Below are positions 38,087 through 52,074 of a stretch of DNA of 64,000 bases, piece after piece; position 1 is the first letter of the stretch; each line of letters starts with the position of its first letter. The stretch spans positions 107,027,997 through 107,091,996 of the forward strand of contig JASCQW010000001.1 in assembly GCA_030264375.1 (NCBI GenBank), written 5' to 3'. A model generated the notes under the pieces. That model searched no databases. It was not told the origin of the DNA and saw only the letters and a program-made list of their open reading frames with translations. This stretch comes from Carcharhinus longimanus. Its lineage: Eukaryota. Position numbers and translations under genes: made by a program.

Positions 38087-38529
38087 TAAAAAGCTATTTA
38101 ACAATGTTTACAAAGTTCTAGATAGCAAGGGTTTAAAATCAGTTTGACTGTTTGATCATCTGGGACCAAGCCGAACAGTACAGCAAGTTCTTATAGGGAA
38201 ACAATTTTATGCGCAATATATACAGACTAACATACCAAAAAAGAGGAAAAAATGGCACCTAAATGGATTAAAACATTGATATATCATACAACATTATTTC
38301 ATCATCTATCAGTGCAACTGTAAAAAATGTAAAACACTACAATAAATATTAAGGATTCGGATCTAGTAATCAGCACTAAAGCAAGGATGCTTGTTGTTGA
38401 TCTCGAAAATAACTGCCCACAATGATCTAGCAATTTCTGTGACATGATTTCCTGATGTTAATTTAAATCTGGTGGCAAGTAAAGGGGCTGTCTTGGCATG
38501 CAACAGATGTGAGGCCAGCAAGCAGGTAA

Positions 38530-39560
38530 CTTAAGAACATAGCAACATGACTAGGCCATTTAGTCCCTCAAATCTGCTCCGCCATTTGATGAGATTACGG
38601 TTGATCTGATCAAATTATATGTACTCACCATTGATCAAAATGCCTCAGTACCTTTGTTTAATAAAACCATCAGTAATTGTTAATTTTAAATCTGCTAATC
38701 TAGCATCAATTGTTTTTTGTGGAATCAAATCCCAAACTTCTACCATCTTTTCATGCGTAGAAATGTTTTCTAATTTCACTTCCGAAAAGACTGCCTCTAA
38801 TTTATAGACCATAACTGTCCTAAACATTCCAACCAGCAGAAATAGTTATGTCAATTTTCTCCTATCTCTTTCCCTTATCTTGAAAACTTCAATCAAATCA
38901 CTCTGTGATCTTTCAGATTCCAGGGAATACTACCCCACTTTGTGTAATCTCTTAATCCTCGCAGTCCAGATATCATTCAAGTAACTCTACACTCCCATTC
39001 CATCAATGTTTAATACATTCTTCCTAAGGTGCGCTGCCCACAACTGTTCAGAGTACTGAAAGTGTAATCTGAACAGGGTTTTGTATAGTTGAAGTATGAT
39101 TTCTACTCATGTATTCTAGTTCTCTAGATATAAAGACCAACAATCCATTAGCCTCTATGATTATTTTCTTTACGTGTTCATGATGTTCTAATAATCTGTA
39201 CACTAAGACCCTAAATTTCTTTGGATCTCCACTGTGTCTAGCTTTTCACCATTTAGAAGCCAGCCTTTATGTCCCTTTTAGGTCCAAAATGGATGACCTC
39301 AACTTTGTTTGCATAAAATCTAATGGCACAAATTTATCTATTTATTTAATCTATTAATGTCGCTTTGTAAATTAATCCGTCCATTCACACAGTGTAAAAT
39401 ATCATCTACTTTTGTGTCATCAGCAAATTTGGATATATGAGCTTCTGTTCCATCATCAAAGTAGTTAATAAATAGTGACTAGTTAAGACCCAACATGGAT
39501 ATCCTGCCAATGAGAATATCTAACAATATATCCGTCTCCTGCCTTTCAGTCAATTTCTGA
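38530..39560 (-). mobile_element. CR1 LINE 3' fragment
   Basis: Minus strand SKFADDTKV...; terminal ctatgttctt tail at about 38535-38545. Confidence 0.8.
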
Positions 39561-41207
39561 ATACATTGTAATTATTCAACATGTCAGGCATTTTCTAATT
39601 TTCACTGAAAATATCACTGCTTTCAGCTTTCAAGCTCAATCATTGCTCATTCACACCCTTTTCTTCCTAATATGATTCTAAAGGTAAGTGGCCAATCACA
39701 ATGAAGAATAAATACAACAAACCAGGAAATTAAGAAGTACTTGGTATCCTTTACTTAGTAAATTATGATTGAATAAAGAAGCAAATAAAGATAAACATAA
39801 AAAAAGGAAAAAAATTTAAAAATAAATAAAATGCATTGTCTCTGCGGAGAAATCTGAAATTGCAAAATATACAATGAGCCTTTCCGAACCCTGAGGATGT
39901 TCAGCAGTAATTACAAACTTGATAGGTCAGTAAAAGCTCAATTATACCTCAGTCACAAGAAGTAACTTTTGAGGTTTTTAGAGCGAAAACAGAGCAAGAA
40001 AAAGGAAGATGTGCATTTAGATAGTGATTTATATAGTGACCACTGGGCATCTCAAAGTATTTCAAAACCAGTATTATATTGGTTGTACTGTATATCCTCT
40101 AGGCAGAGTCTTGTTGAGATGTTGGGTCTCTCGCCTGCTGGCTGGTAAGCAGGTGAGAGACAAGTACTGCCTGTTTTCAGAAGGCCTGCCACACACCAAT
40201 CAGGCAGTGGTAAGGCCAGAGGCAGAATCACCTTGAATCAAGACCCAGGGGATGGAAGTCATCTCAGGGTGGGCAGCGGGTTTTTGCAGACAAAAGGGTG
40301 TAAGAGGTCAGCAAGGCCAAGAGTTTGCTCTCAACAATCATCACCCCCCACCCCATCTTCCTGAAATCCAGTTCTTTGATAAGGCACTGACTGCCTTTGA
40401 TCAGAGATTTCCTTCAGAAAGTGACAAGCAAGGGTGTTTTGCACATCGCGCAACAAAAGGTCCTCCTGCAGCTGGTTTTAAGCTTTTTAAAGTGATCAAT
40501 ATTTGATCAGTTATGGACCTTTATTGGCAGTGGGGCAGTAAGGTCAATCATGAGCCTATCTGCCCAGAACTTAATGCCAGTGAACATGGGTTGGTGGAAA
40601 GGTTCCTATATGCCACCACCCTACCCAAGAGCCTATTCTGCCTCTAAGCTCACTACCAATGAAAACATAAGATCCTAGCCATTGCTGTCATGTAAGAAAT
40701 GAAGGAGCTAATCTATGCTATAAACAGCAATGTGATGATGACTCAATAATCTGCTTAAGATTGGAAATACTCAATAATTCTACTGATTTCCGTTACTGCA
40801 GTATGGGGCAGAGGAAGAGGAGGGGGTAAGGGAATTATACTTCAACAATACACCCTCTGGAGAAATGTAGAATCACTGACAGAAACTTTTGGATTTCTGT
40901 GTTAATCTAATTATGTACAGAGTTCAAAAGTTGTCATTTTCAGTGGCTGAATCGCATTGAATGTTGACAGTTATGCCATCATTACCAGAGCAAAAATTGG
41001 GGTCATTGGGATTTATATTGAATCAGCATTCCAAAGTGATTTTTCGAAAACTTGTGATACTACAAAGTGAATCTCTTGGTTTCCCATCATAACTCAAGTG
41101 GAGTTGCCCCTAAAAATGGGAAATATAATAGTGGGTGGTATGTGGATCTCTCGTCAAGAGTTTAATTCTCAAGCGTTAGCACAACTGGGATGCTGAGTGA
41201 ACAGATA

Positions 41208-41360
41208 CATTTGATTGGATTTATTATTGTTATATGTATTGGTATACAGTGAAAAACATAGTTTCTTTCACGCTATACAGACAAAACATACCGCTCATAG
41301 AGTACAGAGGGAAGCAGGAGCGGAAAAGGTACAAAATGTAGTCTATAAGAGTTAGAGTAG
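41208..41360 (-). mobile_element. Rex1/Babar-type LINE 3' UTR
   Basis: Reverse complement matches the 10990-11080 tail (ggtatgttttgtctgt...tttttcactgtat...aataataaatc). Confidence 0.65.
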
Positions 41361-41965
41361 TGTTTTAAAAGCATAGAACAAGAGAAGAAGATAGAATTAC
41401 AGGGAATGCTGGGAACAGATTGCAAGAGGTCGTCATACTTGGTGTTATCTCGAATCAACATCAGAGTTTTTCTACAAGGACCCATGGTCAATATTGCTGA
41501 CTAACATTATTCTTTTGCAGGATTTGCTAAGCTGCATATACTGTCATGAGAAGAGAGTTTATACACTTCTGATTTTGACAATCAATAACTTGCTGACCTG
41601 AAAACTTCTGACTCGATGTTATACAATATTTTCTGTTCTCACACACACTATTAATGCTGTATTACAAGGACTCCTTGACATTGATTATCCAACAAAGATC
41701 TTCCTGAAATTATTTTTGATGCGTTTCATTTCTATTACAGAGGCAGTGTAATTAGATTCAGCATGCAAATTTCAAATCACACCATATATAACCATGTGTT
41801 TTGGCATTTATGTGAGTTTAAAAAGTTCTTCAGACATTGCATTTTATAAAAACAGTTGTAAACTAACAGGAACAGTGTATGCTGGTCTTAGTAATTAATA
41901 CCAGCAGCAGGAGGTCAGAATATGCCGACAACATTGAAGAGATCGGCTTCTGTAAAAATGTTTAC

Positions 41966-42236
41966 CTTGACTTTTCTTTGTCATGAATAAAAAGGATGTT
42001 ATGCTTCCTCAATTCTTGCACGGTGAATGAGTCTCCTTTCTGAAGATGGATTTGATTCCCTTTTTCCATTTTAATCAACTTCCCATTGGTAGGAGGGTTG
42101 ACGATGTGAAGAATGAGACTTTCAACGGGGGTGTCGGCATCATATATCCTCACAAAAGTAGTGTTCAGTACCTGGCTTCCACCAATGTCCACATTTACAG
42201 AACTGCTTACTTGAAGGACTGGTGCATAAATATTGA
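41966..42236 (-). CDS. FRAS1: FRAS1-family internal exon (CSPG repeat 1)
   Basis: ttttatctttccag acceptor, AG|gtaaac donor; 271 nt, phase 1-2. VNIYAPVLQVSSSVNVDIGGSQVLNTTFVRIYDADTPVESLILHIVNPPTNGKL...FIHDKEKSR. Confidence 0.92.
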
Positions 42237-43139
42237 CTGGAAAGATAAAAATATTTCTTCAGTTTGGTTCACTGAAAACGTTAGCACTGCATGTTCTTTT
42301 GTTACACCACCCTGAAATTTAGCAATACATGTACAGAGGATGAAAATCAAGAAACGTTGGACAGAGGGGCCTCCCACCTCATTCCTGTTCTCCTGAAGTA
42401 GGTTGAACACTTTTGGCAGCCACCACCAGATGTGGTATATGCAGGATCACCTTGTGATTATCATGTTATTAGCACTATTCCATCTCCACTCCCCTCCTAG
42501 GTTAGATAACAACCGCTGCACATGTACATGTGGGAACCACGCTGTGTTCCACCCTTTCACACCAAACCCACCTCCAGCTGCCACTTAATTATTTTGCGAA
42601 TGTTTAGAAACTCTAAGTTTGTAGATCTCAGTTTCAGAACAACTGTTGTTGGATGAGACTTGTTTTATATATCCCAATGCCAAATTCAGGCCTCTCCGAG
42701 TAACATTACAAGTCAGCACCTTATTAGAAGACGTTTAGTGCTGAAGGCCCATGCCTGATAGAAATAGGAACTAGATTCAGACAGTTCAAACTTATTTTGA
42801 ATAACACCCTGATAATTAGAAAAACCAAGACAACATTTATCCCATTGTCTGAGCTGCATTTAAATCTAGTGGTGAAAGGCCAATCTGTAGGCTTCTTTCA
42901 AAATTTAAAATGTAACTCATGCTTGCCTTAGTAAAAAGCAGAACTAAATACCTTGAAGCATCCTACAGATGTGATAACAATCGTGGATTTAATGACATTC
43001 ATACAACAGAGAGGTTTGCAATGGGAGTTTTAGCAGTTTCATCTTGTGCCAAAACTACTTCTGACAAGGCAAACTCCCACTACCTTATATATGCTTCAAA
43101 TTGCTTAACTTTAAACATGCAACATAACATTTAGAGCGC

Positions 43140-43530
43140 ACTTGCCATCCTACCTACTTCCAAGTCAGATAGTTGTTGTCTCACGTTCCACTCCACCACA
43201 AAATCTAGGCTGACACTCAGTGCGTTTATGATAATGTCACATTTCAGAAGAGATGTTAAAATGAAGCCTTGCCTTCTCTCCCAAGGTGTATGCAAACAAT
43301 CCCTTGGCACTATTCAAAGAAGAGGTGGGGAGTACTCTTCAACAGCCTGGGCAACATTGTCCCTCAACCAAACTTTTTCAAAACAGATGGTTTGGTCATT
43401 AATACAGTGCCGGGTTTGGGATCTTACTCTGCACAAAATGGCTGTTATGTTTCCTGTATTACGACAGTGAATATAATTCTTTGGTTGTAAAGTACTTCAA
43501 ATCACTCTGAGGTTTTGGGAGGTACTAAAT
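43140..43530 (+). mobile_element. Deu-domain SINE (SacSINE1/AmnSINE-like)
   Basis: aaaatctaggctgacact...gatgttaaa...cccttggcactatt...ctgggcaacatt.tccctcaacc...tgggatctt.ct.tgcacaaaatggctg resembles the recalled Deu core. Confidence 0.6.
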
Positions 43531-44181
43531 TCCATGAACTTCACAATGAAGTTTCACAGACAAATCAAATACATATGTTATTTGTGCAAAAGTCACCTCA
43601 TTATTTTGAGGATTGTGTGAGAGGAAAATTGATGTTGCAGCTGATGTTCAATTATCAACTATCTCATCACAGAATTATTTAAAAACAGTTCGTTGCTTAT
43701 AAAATGCAGTNNNNNNNNNNNNNNNNNNNNNNNNNNNNNNNNNNNNNNNNNNNNNNNNNNNNNNNNNNNNNNNNNNNNNNNNNNNNNNNNNNNNNNNNNN
43801 NNNNNNNNNNNNNNNNNNNNNNNNNNNNNNNNNNNNNNNNNNNNNNNNNNNNNNNNNNNNNNNNNNNNNNNNNNNNNNNNNNNNNNNNNNNNNNNNNNNN
43901 NNNNNNNNNNNNNNNNNNNNNNNNNNNNNNNNNNNNNNNNNNNNNNNNNNNNNNNNNNNNNNNNNNNNNNNNNNNNNNNNNNNNNNNNNNNNNNNNNNNN
44001 NNNNNNNNNNNNNNNNNNNNNNNNNNNNNNNNNNNNNNNNNNNNNNNNNNNNNNNNNNNNNNNNNNNNNNNNNNNNNNNNNNNNNNNNNNNNNNNNNNNN
44101 NNNNNNNNNNNNNNNNNNNNNNNNNNNNNNNNNNNNNNNNNNNNNNNNNNNNNNNNNNNNNNNNNNNNNNNNNNNNNNNNN

Positions 44182-44398
44182 CATCTATATAAATGGTAAA
44201 TAGCTGAGGCCCCAGCACCAATCCCTGGGGCACTCCACTAGTCACCAACTGCCAATCCGAATAGCACCCACTGACACCCACTCTCTGCCTCCTATTTGAC
44301 AGCCAATCCCCTATCCACACTAACACCCTATCCCCAACTCCATGCCCCCTAACATTCTGTAACAACCTTTTGTGCGGCACCTTATCAAACGCCTTCTG
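44182..44398 (-). mobile_element. CR1 LINE RT fragment adjoining gap
   Basis: KAFDKVPHKRLL...WIGDWLSNRRQRVG...[21 protein letters not shown]. Confidence 0.92.
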
Positions 44399-44562
44399 AA
44401 CTGTTTAGCGCAACAGTTCTCTAAGGTCTGTTGCTTGTTACCTTAATGTTCTTTGCAATACCCAGAAAATGCAATGCAACTATGGAAATTGTTTAAATGA
44501 ACCTGGCAGTATGAAGGAGTGCAGTGATTGAGTCGTCAGTCCTGATCTCTACAGTTTCTTAC

Positions 44563-44706
44563 CTTCACATATTCTCCTCTTGTGCACATTACCATAGTAA
44601 CCTGGACCACAATCAGGAACACAGAGTCCATTCTTCAGGAAGGTGGTGCTATCACATAACTTGCATTGTGAGATGCTGTCACATTCTAAACACCCAGCAG
44701 AACAGG
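44563..44706 (-). CDS. FRAS1: FRAS1-family internal exon (last furin-like repeat)
   Basis: taacttgtag acceptor, AAG|gtaaga donor; 144 nt. ACSAGCLECDSISQCKLCDSTTFLKNGLCVPDCGPGYYGNVHKRRICE. Confidence 0.92.
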
Positions 44707-45259
44707 CTACAAGTTAAAAGAAAAACATTTAAGAAATGAAATGTTGAAACTGAGGAGACCTGCAACAATAAATGAACAATATTGTCAAGGGCATCAAAAC
44801 ATACAAGACCAAATAAATCAGTGGTAATAGGTATGAATCAGTAGGAACTTTTGGGACAAATATTACATAAATCGCAAGGCAATTTATCACTGACTTGGGA
44901 AGAGCAGATTTTTGAACGTACAGTACATTCCAGTGTTTTCTATTGTAACAAGAAAATTACATTATTGTCCTATTATTTTATGCACCAAACAATGGTGTCA
45001 AGCTCATGGATTTAGTCACGAACAGAAAGTGCCAACTTGATCGACTGCTTACTTTGCTGTAGAAGATAATTGTTTTCATCTATAAGATAATTACCAGGTA
45101 ATCTACATCTCTCCAGGGTTCTAAATTATTCAAATAGAAAACAATCAACTCCTGCAGGCACCTGAGGTATGGGATGGGGATAATTACTTCTTAAAGGGAA
45201 GGAACTTATGTTTGACCTGAAAGAGTTTTTCAAAGTTGTAACGAACAAGAAAATACAGG

Positions 45260-45964
45260 CAAAAAGCATTCAATAAAAGTGCCAAATAAGAGGTTATCAC
45301 ACCAAATTAAAACTCATGAGATTGGGGTAGCATAATGGAACAGTTTGTGGATTTGTTAAGGAGCAAAATTCAGAAACTAGGAATAAATGGATTATTTTCA
45401 AAGTGGCAGACTGTAAGTTGTGGTTTTCTGAACTCCTGCCTCTACTATTTATAATCAGATAAGGAGACTGGAAGGTAATGTACCCAAGATTGCTGGCGTT
45501 ACAGAGTCAGGTGAGAAAATAAGGTTGAAGAGGACATAGAGGCTAAAAAGGAATATGAACAGGTTGAGTGAGTTGACAAGAACATGACACATGGAATACA
45601 ATCTGGCTAAGTGTGAGAGAATCCAGTCTGGGAGGGAAATAGAAAGTTGAATATTTTTGAAATGGTGACAAACTAAATAACGTTGATTCAAAAGAACCAG
45701 TGTAGTCCTTATACACAAATAACATGCATGTACAGTAAACAACTCTGGAGGCTCGCCTTCATTACAAAGGGATTGAAGTACAAGAGTAAAGAAATCTTAC
45801 TACAGATATCTGGCATTTTAATGAAGACGTACCTGGAAGTATGGTGTACACTTTTAACACTCCTCAAGTAAGGAATAGTTATCCTGAAGATAGTATGGCA
45901 AAGGTTTACTAGACTGATTCTTGGGGTGAGAATATTGTTCTGTGAGAAGAGGTGCAGTAGACTG
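45260..45964 (+). mobile_element. Degraded CR1 RT fragment
   Basis: KAFNKSA..RL..KLK.HEIG, LAFITKGLKYKSKEILLQ; interrupted by a younger opposite-strand CR1; resumes near 47960. Confidence 0.7.
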
Positions 45965-46175
45965 AACATAAGAAATAGGAGGAGTAGGCCATCTAGCCCT
46001 TCGAGCCTGCCCCGCCATTCAACAAGGTCATGGCTGATCTGAAGTGGCTCAGTTCCACTTACCCGCTTTCTCCCCATAACCCTTAATTCCACTGTCCATC
46101 AAAAACCTGTCTACCCGTGACTTAAATATATTTAGCGAGGTAGCCTCCACCACTTCAACGGGCAGAGAATTCCAG
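45965..46175 (-). mobile_element. Young CR1 3' end adjoining gap
   Basis: WNSLPVEVVEATSLNIFKSRVDRFL..GIKGYGEKAGKW plus 3' UTR and cttatgttc tail. Confidence 0.9.
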
Positions 46176-46799
46176 NNNNNNNNNNNNNNNNNNNNNNNNN
46201 NNNNNNNNNNNNNNNNNNNNNNNNNNNNNNNNNNNNNNNNNNNNNNNNNNNNNNNNNNNNNNNNNNNNNNNNNNNNNNNNNNNNNNNNNNNNNNNNNNNN
46301 NNNNNNNNNNNNNNNNNNNNNNNNNNNNNNNNNNNNNNNNNNNNNNNNNNNNNNNNNNNNNNNNNNNNNNNNNNNNNNNNNNNNNNNNNNNNNNNNNNNN
46401 NNNNNNNNNNNNNNNNNNNNNNNNNNNNNNNNNNNNNNNNNNNNNNNNNNNNNNNNNNNNNNNNNNNNNNNNNNNNNNNNNNNNNNNNNNNNNNNNNNNN
46501 NNNNNNNNNNNNNNNNNNNNNNNNNNNNNNNNNNNNNNNNNNNNNNNNNNNNNNNNNNNNNNNNNNNNNNNNNNNNNNNNNNNNNNNNNNNNNNNNNNNN
46601 NNNNNNNNNNNNNNNNNNNNNNNNNNNNNNNNNNNNNNNNNNNNNNNNNNNNNNNNNNNNNNNNNNNNNNNNNNNNNGTACATGGGATTTAATGGGATTG
46701 AGGGTTATAGATAGGCCTGGTAGGTAGGGATATGATCGGCGCAACTTGTGGGCCAAAGGGCCTGTTTCTGCTGTAGTGTTCTATGTTCTTTGAATGTCA

Positions 46800-47300
46800 T
46801 AGGGTGAGGGCTGGATTTTCTCTTGTTGGAGATGGTCATTACCTGACACTAATGTGGCACAAATGTTATTTGCCAATATCAGCCCAAGCCTGGATATTGG
46901 ACTGCCTCAGTTTGAGTCGTTCTAAATGGTGTTGAATAATTTGCAGTTCACAAACAGCCCCACTTCTGACCTTACGTTGGAAGGAAGGTCATTAATGAAG
47001 CAGCTGAAGACGAGTGGACATTACTCTGAGGCACTTTTTCATTGGTGTCCTGGAAATTAGATGGTTGACCTCCAACCACCATCCTTTCTTCCAGATGTGA
47101 CTCTAACCAGTGGAAGATTTTCCACCTGTTTCCCATTGACTCCAGTTTTGCTGGGGCTTCTTGCTGTTACTCTTGGTCAAGTGCTGTCTTGATGTCAAGG
47201 ACAGTCACTTTCACCTCACCTGTGGCATTCAGCTCTTTTGTCCATATTTGAACCAAGGCTATAATGACATCAGGAACAGAATGACCCTGGTGGAATGTAA
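46800..47300 (-). mobile_element. LINE (CR1/L2 group) RT fragment
   Basis: Minus-strand ALDIKTALDQ, FSCFINDLPSNVRSEVGLF motifs. Confidence 0.7.
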
Positions 47301-48465
47301 AGGAAAAGAGAGAGAGAGAATGGTCGGTGAGACCCAGTGATCAGTTTTACGTCGCTGTCAATTTTCCATGGGATCTTCGCTGCACCTCACCAAGGCAGAC
47401 AGGGAAAACCACTGAAGGACAGCATGAAACTGATTTTCATCTTGTAAAACACAAAGTGGCATTCAGATGTCAGGATTCACTTGAACAATGCCTGGGATTT
47501 TCTGCAGAGTTCAGGATGGAGGCCGCCAGAAATCCTGGAACACCACTGCAGTGCATTGACTGAGCATCTACAGGTGGTTTTCCAGATTCAGCATCCTGGA
47601 GGAGGTCCATCTTCCAGCCTCAGGTTGTTCCTGCACATTTGTCTGCTTTCACAGGAGGTTCATCTTCATTTTCTGGAGATTTATTTTCTTTGCTCAATAG
47701 TTGGTCAGTGATGTTGGCTGCACTTTCAGTATGGTACCTGGATATGACAAGGGCCTGCCCAACCACACAGTGTAAAACTCCTCATTACACAGTTAATGAG
47801 GTCTGGGCCCGAAGATTTGCCATGTTTTCCCACTAGCCTCCGTAATGGTAAACACTCCACGTACCTGCCCATCAAGGGACTTAGTCCCAGGATGGGAGAA
47901 TTCTGTCCGAAGTGTTCAGCCATTTAGCACCAGGACAAGGAGAAACTTATTTATAGAAAGCATCATGAATCTGATCAGAATTCTCTGCCCTCAGAGGTCT
48001 GCAGATGTTCAGTCTGAGTAAATTTAAGACACAGATCAAAAGATCTTCGGCTACTGAGGGAATTAAGGAATGTAGAGGTAGTGTAGGAAGGTAATGTTGA
48101 GGTAGATGATTAGCCAGGATCTCAAATGAATGTCAGACAGGCTCAAAAGACTGAACAGTCTATCCTTGCTTCTTTTCTTCCATTTTGTTACATGGCTGCC
48201 TGACACCCTCTCATAACTCTGATGTTTTCCTCTCCCTTGTGCTGATGTACTTTGTAGAACACCCAGTGAGATTAGATGATCAACACAAACCATGAGTCTT
48301 AATAAATATATAGCTCAATTCCCCAGTGGACAACAGTTACAAATCGAAAAGCCTCCCGAGCTGTAATCTATGTTTTCACACGTTTCATTGTAAATATGTG
48401 AACAGACTCTGCATTGGATAAATTATTACTTGTTTACTTTGGGAAAAAAAGGCATTAAATCTTAC

Positions 48466-48606
48466 CTATGCATTTCTGTTGACGGTGATTGGAATAGTAT
48501 CTTTTCCCACAGTCATGAACACACTGTGTTTCTAACAGTAGGTAAGGTGACTTACACTGGCTACACACACTGGGTCTGCTACACTTCATACAGCGTTCAT
48601 TACATC
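48466..48606 (-). CDS. FRAS1: FRAS1-family internal exon (furin-like repeat)
   Basis: cattctgtag acceptor, TAG|gtaaga donor; 141 nt. RCNERCMKCSRPSVCSQCKSPYLLLETQCVHDCGKRYYSNHRQQKCI. Confidence 0.92.
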
Positions 48607-50000
48607 CTACAGAATGAATAATTAAAACAAATTCATTAAAGTTAAAATAAAGCTGGCTTCATTTCCTAAGTACAAAGTTTTTATTAAGTGTCTTAAGTGT
48701 TGTTGACAAGTGGAATAGCGAAAATGTTTCGAAAATGAGAGTTCTGTTAAATCTATCATGTACATAAGGAATGTTATGGGAACAGCTTTAATATCATATA
48801 AGATGAATATTCATGATTTTGGAGGGGAATTTTAATGCAAAAGTAGACTGCATTTCAGTCAGATGGGAAGTTAAAGTGCTAAAAATTTGAATCCTTCCCC
48901 AACCTGCCTATTTCTGATTTTAACAGAGGCAGGGCAAAGACGTGGAGCCAACCCTGTCCTGTGAAGCAGTCTGACATTTTAAATTTTATAACCAAGCCTC
49001 ACTGATTTTCCTAATTTGAAATTTACCATTGAATCTGCCTTGGGAAACCTCCTCCTGAGTATATAATCCCATCTCGCACCTCATCCATGCCCCTAATGCC
49101 TGCCACTCCCCTCTGACCACACAACCCCAAGGATTCCAATCCAATCCCTCACCTAGGCCTCTGATTTCCCCGCCATCCCCTAAATCTCTCCCACAGAAGC
49201 TTTGGAGTAGTGGTGGGCAACCTGCAGCCTGCACATTGCTCATCAGGGTTCCAAGTGAGAGGCATTCTGTTGGCCATTGCCCACAGGAAGGTTCACCAGG
49301 TTCTGCTGGTTTCTGTCCAAGTAGTTTCTTTCCTACCAAAATTACTGATGTGAAATGCACGTAAAGCAAGGGCGCATGATGTGAGGTGCATGCTGATTGC
49401 ACACAATGATAGTGAGAACCTTCTATTCCCTCTGCATCCAAAGAAAGCACTGCTACAGCCCTGCAAAGTCTAGGTATGCGAGCACAGTTAGCAAAGCTAT
49501 CCTATCCTGGGAGATTGTCCTGTTTCCAATACCGGTGGATGAGGCAGGTTATCCGTTTTCTTGCAACTTCAAAGTACAAATATTTATTCTGTTTTTCCCA
49601 TTTGAGGTTGATGACAGTTTTATTAACATATCATTGTCTATGCATTTACTATAACTCGTTTTAAAATATACATTGTGTATTAAACGTATTTAATCTTATT
49701 CATATTTCACTGAGATGAATGAATGCCACTCATGCAGGCCAGGTTGTCCATCACTGCTTTGAAGCCTCCTCCCAGACCTCTGAATCCCCTCCCCCACCCA
49801 TGGTTCCTTTCAGTGTCATAGATTCTCAACTCTACCGCTCCATATTAAATCCTACATACTACACATTTGTGTAAGGTGGATTTTGTCAGATCCACTTGAG
49901 TGCTACAAATATTAAATTATCACATAATTGATGAATATTTAGATCAAAATTGTGCACCAACAAACTTGCTTATAAATAAGTACATCTTGTGGGTATTGAT

Positions 50001-50335
50001 CATAGAATCCCAACAGCGCAGAGGCCATTTGTTCCTTAAGTGTGTACTGACTCTCCAGAACAGCATAGCACTCTGGCCTGTCCCTCCATCCTATCCCTGT
50101 AACCCCATGCATTTAACCATGGTTAATCCACCCAATCTACATATCTTTGGACATTAAGGAGCAACTTAGTGTAGCCAATTCACCTAAGCTGCACATATGT
50201 GGACTGTGGGAGGATCCAACGCATCTGGAGGGAGCCTGAAGCATCTGGAGGAAACCCTTACCGACATGGAAAGAATATGTAAACTCCCCACAGGCACTTA
50301 CCCAAGCCCCAAACCTGGGTCTCTAGTGATGTGAT
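50001..50335 (-). mobile_element. HE1-like SINE
   Basis: Reverse complement has the core gggtttcctccagatgct...cccacagtcca and the tail ...gggattctatg. Confidence 0.75.
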
Positions 50336-50529
50336 ACCCAATTTCATTTGCCAAATATGATAAAATAAAGATAAGGCATTCTGAAGAACTGATTACCAAT
50401 GGTATATGACTGCGGCCTAAGCAAATGATAAATCAATCCTCGTAATCGGTTACAAAGGAGAAGGAACATTATGTTGGCTTCTGGTTATTTTGGATTCAGA
50501 ATCTTTTCTGCTAATGTCCTTTCATACAT

Positions 50530-50890
50530 CTATGTGAGTCGCAGAAAACTGGTACGCAGATATAGCAGGCAATAAGGAAAGCAAAAGGAATTTTAGCGTT
50601 TATTGCTAACAGAACAGATAGTAGTAAGGAAGTGCTGCAATGATACAAGGCACTGGTGAGAGTGCACCCGGGGTACTGTGTACAATTTTGGTCCCCTTAT
50701 TAGAGGAAGTACGTAGTAGCATTAAAGGCAGTTCAGAGGAGGTTCACTAGATTGATTCCAGAGATGAGGGATTTGTCTTACGATGATAGATTGAGCAGTA
50801 CAGGCCAATACTCTCCAGTTTCAAAGAATGAGAGGAGATCTAATTGAGATATATCAGATGATAAAAGACATTGACAAAGTAGATGTACGT
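50530..50890 (+). mobile_element. CR1 fragment ending ~15 bp from a FRAS1 donor site
   Basis: YKALVRVHPGYCVQFWSPY, RMRGDLIEIYQMIKDIDKVD. Confidence 0.85.
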
Positions 50891-50904
50891 AACAGTGAAC
50901 TCAC

Positions 50905-51045
50905 GTATGCATTCTTCCCCCACTTTGTAGAAGCCTGTTGCACATTGCTCTACACAGGAGCCCTCTTGCAATACATAACCATCCATGCACTGCAGGCAGT
51001 CTGTTTTGAGTGGCCCCTTGCAAGCATTACAGCTCCAGTCACATT
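50905..51045 (-). CDS. FRAS1: FRAS1-family internal exon (furin-like repeat)
   Basis: ttttaaatag acceptor, C|gtgagt donor; 141 nt. ECDWSCNACKGPLKTDCLQCMDGYVLQEGSCVEQCATGFYKVGEECI, close to recalled FRAS1 ECDWSCSACSGPLKTDCLQCMDGYVLQDGACVEQC. Confidence 0.95.
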
Positions 51046-51749
51046 CTATTTAAAAAAATTGTTAATTTCTTTAAAGATAGCAGCTTGACATACAAAATGT
51101 GATAAGAAAACAAGTGGAATAAACATTTGATGTTTATCTATCTAGTCTCTGAATGATTAGAAGCCTACCGCAAGAAGAGGATACCAGCCTTGATGACAAA
51201 ACAGATAATAACACCATTGATTACAGCAGTATATATTTTCTGGCTGCTAGTAAGCTGACCTAGATAAAAATAAATTTGATCTCACACAACAATCAATGTA
51301 GAAATTATGGTGGCTTTTAGCAAAACAATAAATCACAATTAGAACAAAAAAAACTTGTAAAGGTCCTTCCAGTTGCTGTAAAACATCCTGCAATGCAAAC
51401 TGTGATTTCCACAGAATCAGGACAGTAAGACAACACTGAAGGACCATTTTGTTCATTACTTTTGCTATATTAAAGAGGCATAATTAAAATAATTGCCAAA
51501 GATGGTTTCACAACTGGCATATCTTGGTCAAATATATATTTTATCCTGCTTGCATAAACAGTCAGACTGACTACTCAAGGCACTAATCAAAAGGCCACAC
51601 TGTTTGCATACACTTCAGCCATGAAGGCCACTGAAATCTAATTATCCTGACAATTAAGATACACAGCACCATGGTAGCTTCAGTTCAACTCAGCTCTGAA
51701 ATAGGATGTCAAATATGCATACAAAAGCTTCAACATATAATATTCCCCT

Positions 51750-52050
51750 CTGACATTTAGTCACAAAGACCATTCGAGTCCCAAGTTAAATTGTTGTCAA
51801 TGGAGTCAGCTGATCTCAGTTGCAATGGCAGTTGAGGCACTGCAATTGAACCAAAAAAGAAAACACAAGTCCTGTTCCTTATTTCTGTCCAATAACACAA
51901 TTGGACAATAAGAATGTATTAAAAAAAAGACAAGGACATCACTGTACTTGACAATGGTACCTCACCCTCATCAAAAAACCTGTTAAGACTCACCTGAAAA
52001 ATGAGCATTTTGAGAAGATACAGGTGGACTGTCCAAGTGCAGTGTCACAA
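51750..52050 (+). mobile_element. Ancient LF-SINE-like element
   Basis: gagtcagctgatctcagttgcaatggcagttgaggcactgcaattg...gtcctgttcct...tctgtcca resembles the recalled LF-SINE core. Confidence 0.4.
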
Positions 52051-52074
52051 GTAAAGAAATAAGGATCACAGACT

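Noticed and set aside
42237-42311. Upstream AG that would add 75 nt in frame to the CSPG1 exon
   Set aside because: The extension contains an in-frame TGA, and the 42236 acceptor has the better polypyrimidine tract.
51247-51456. Cys-containing minus-strand ORF near the furin exons
   Set aside because: Lacks the CxxC furin spacing and usable splice sites; the exon chain is already complete without it.
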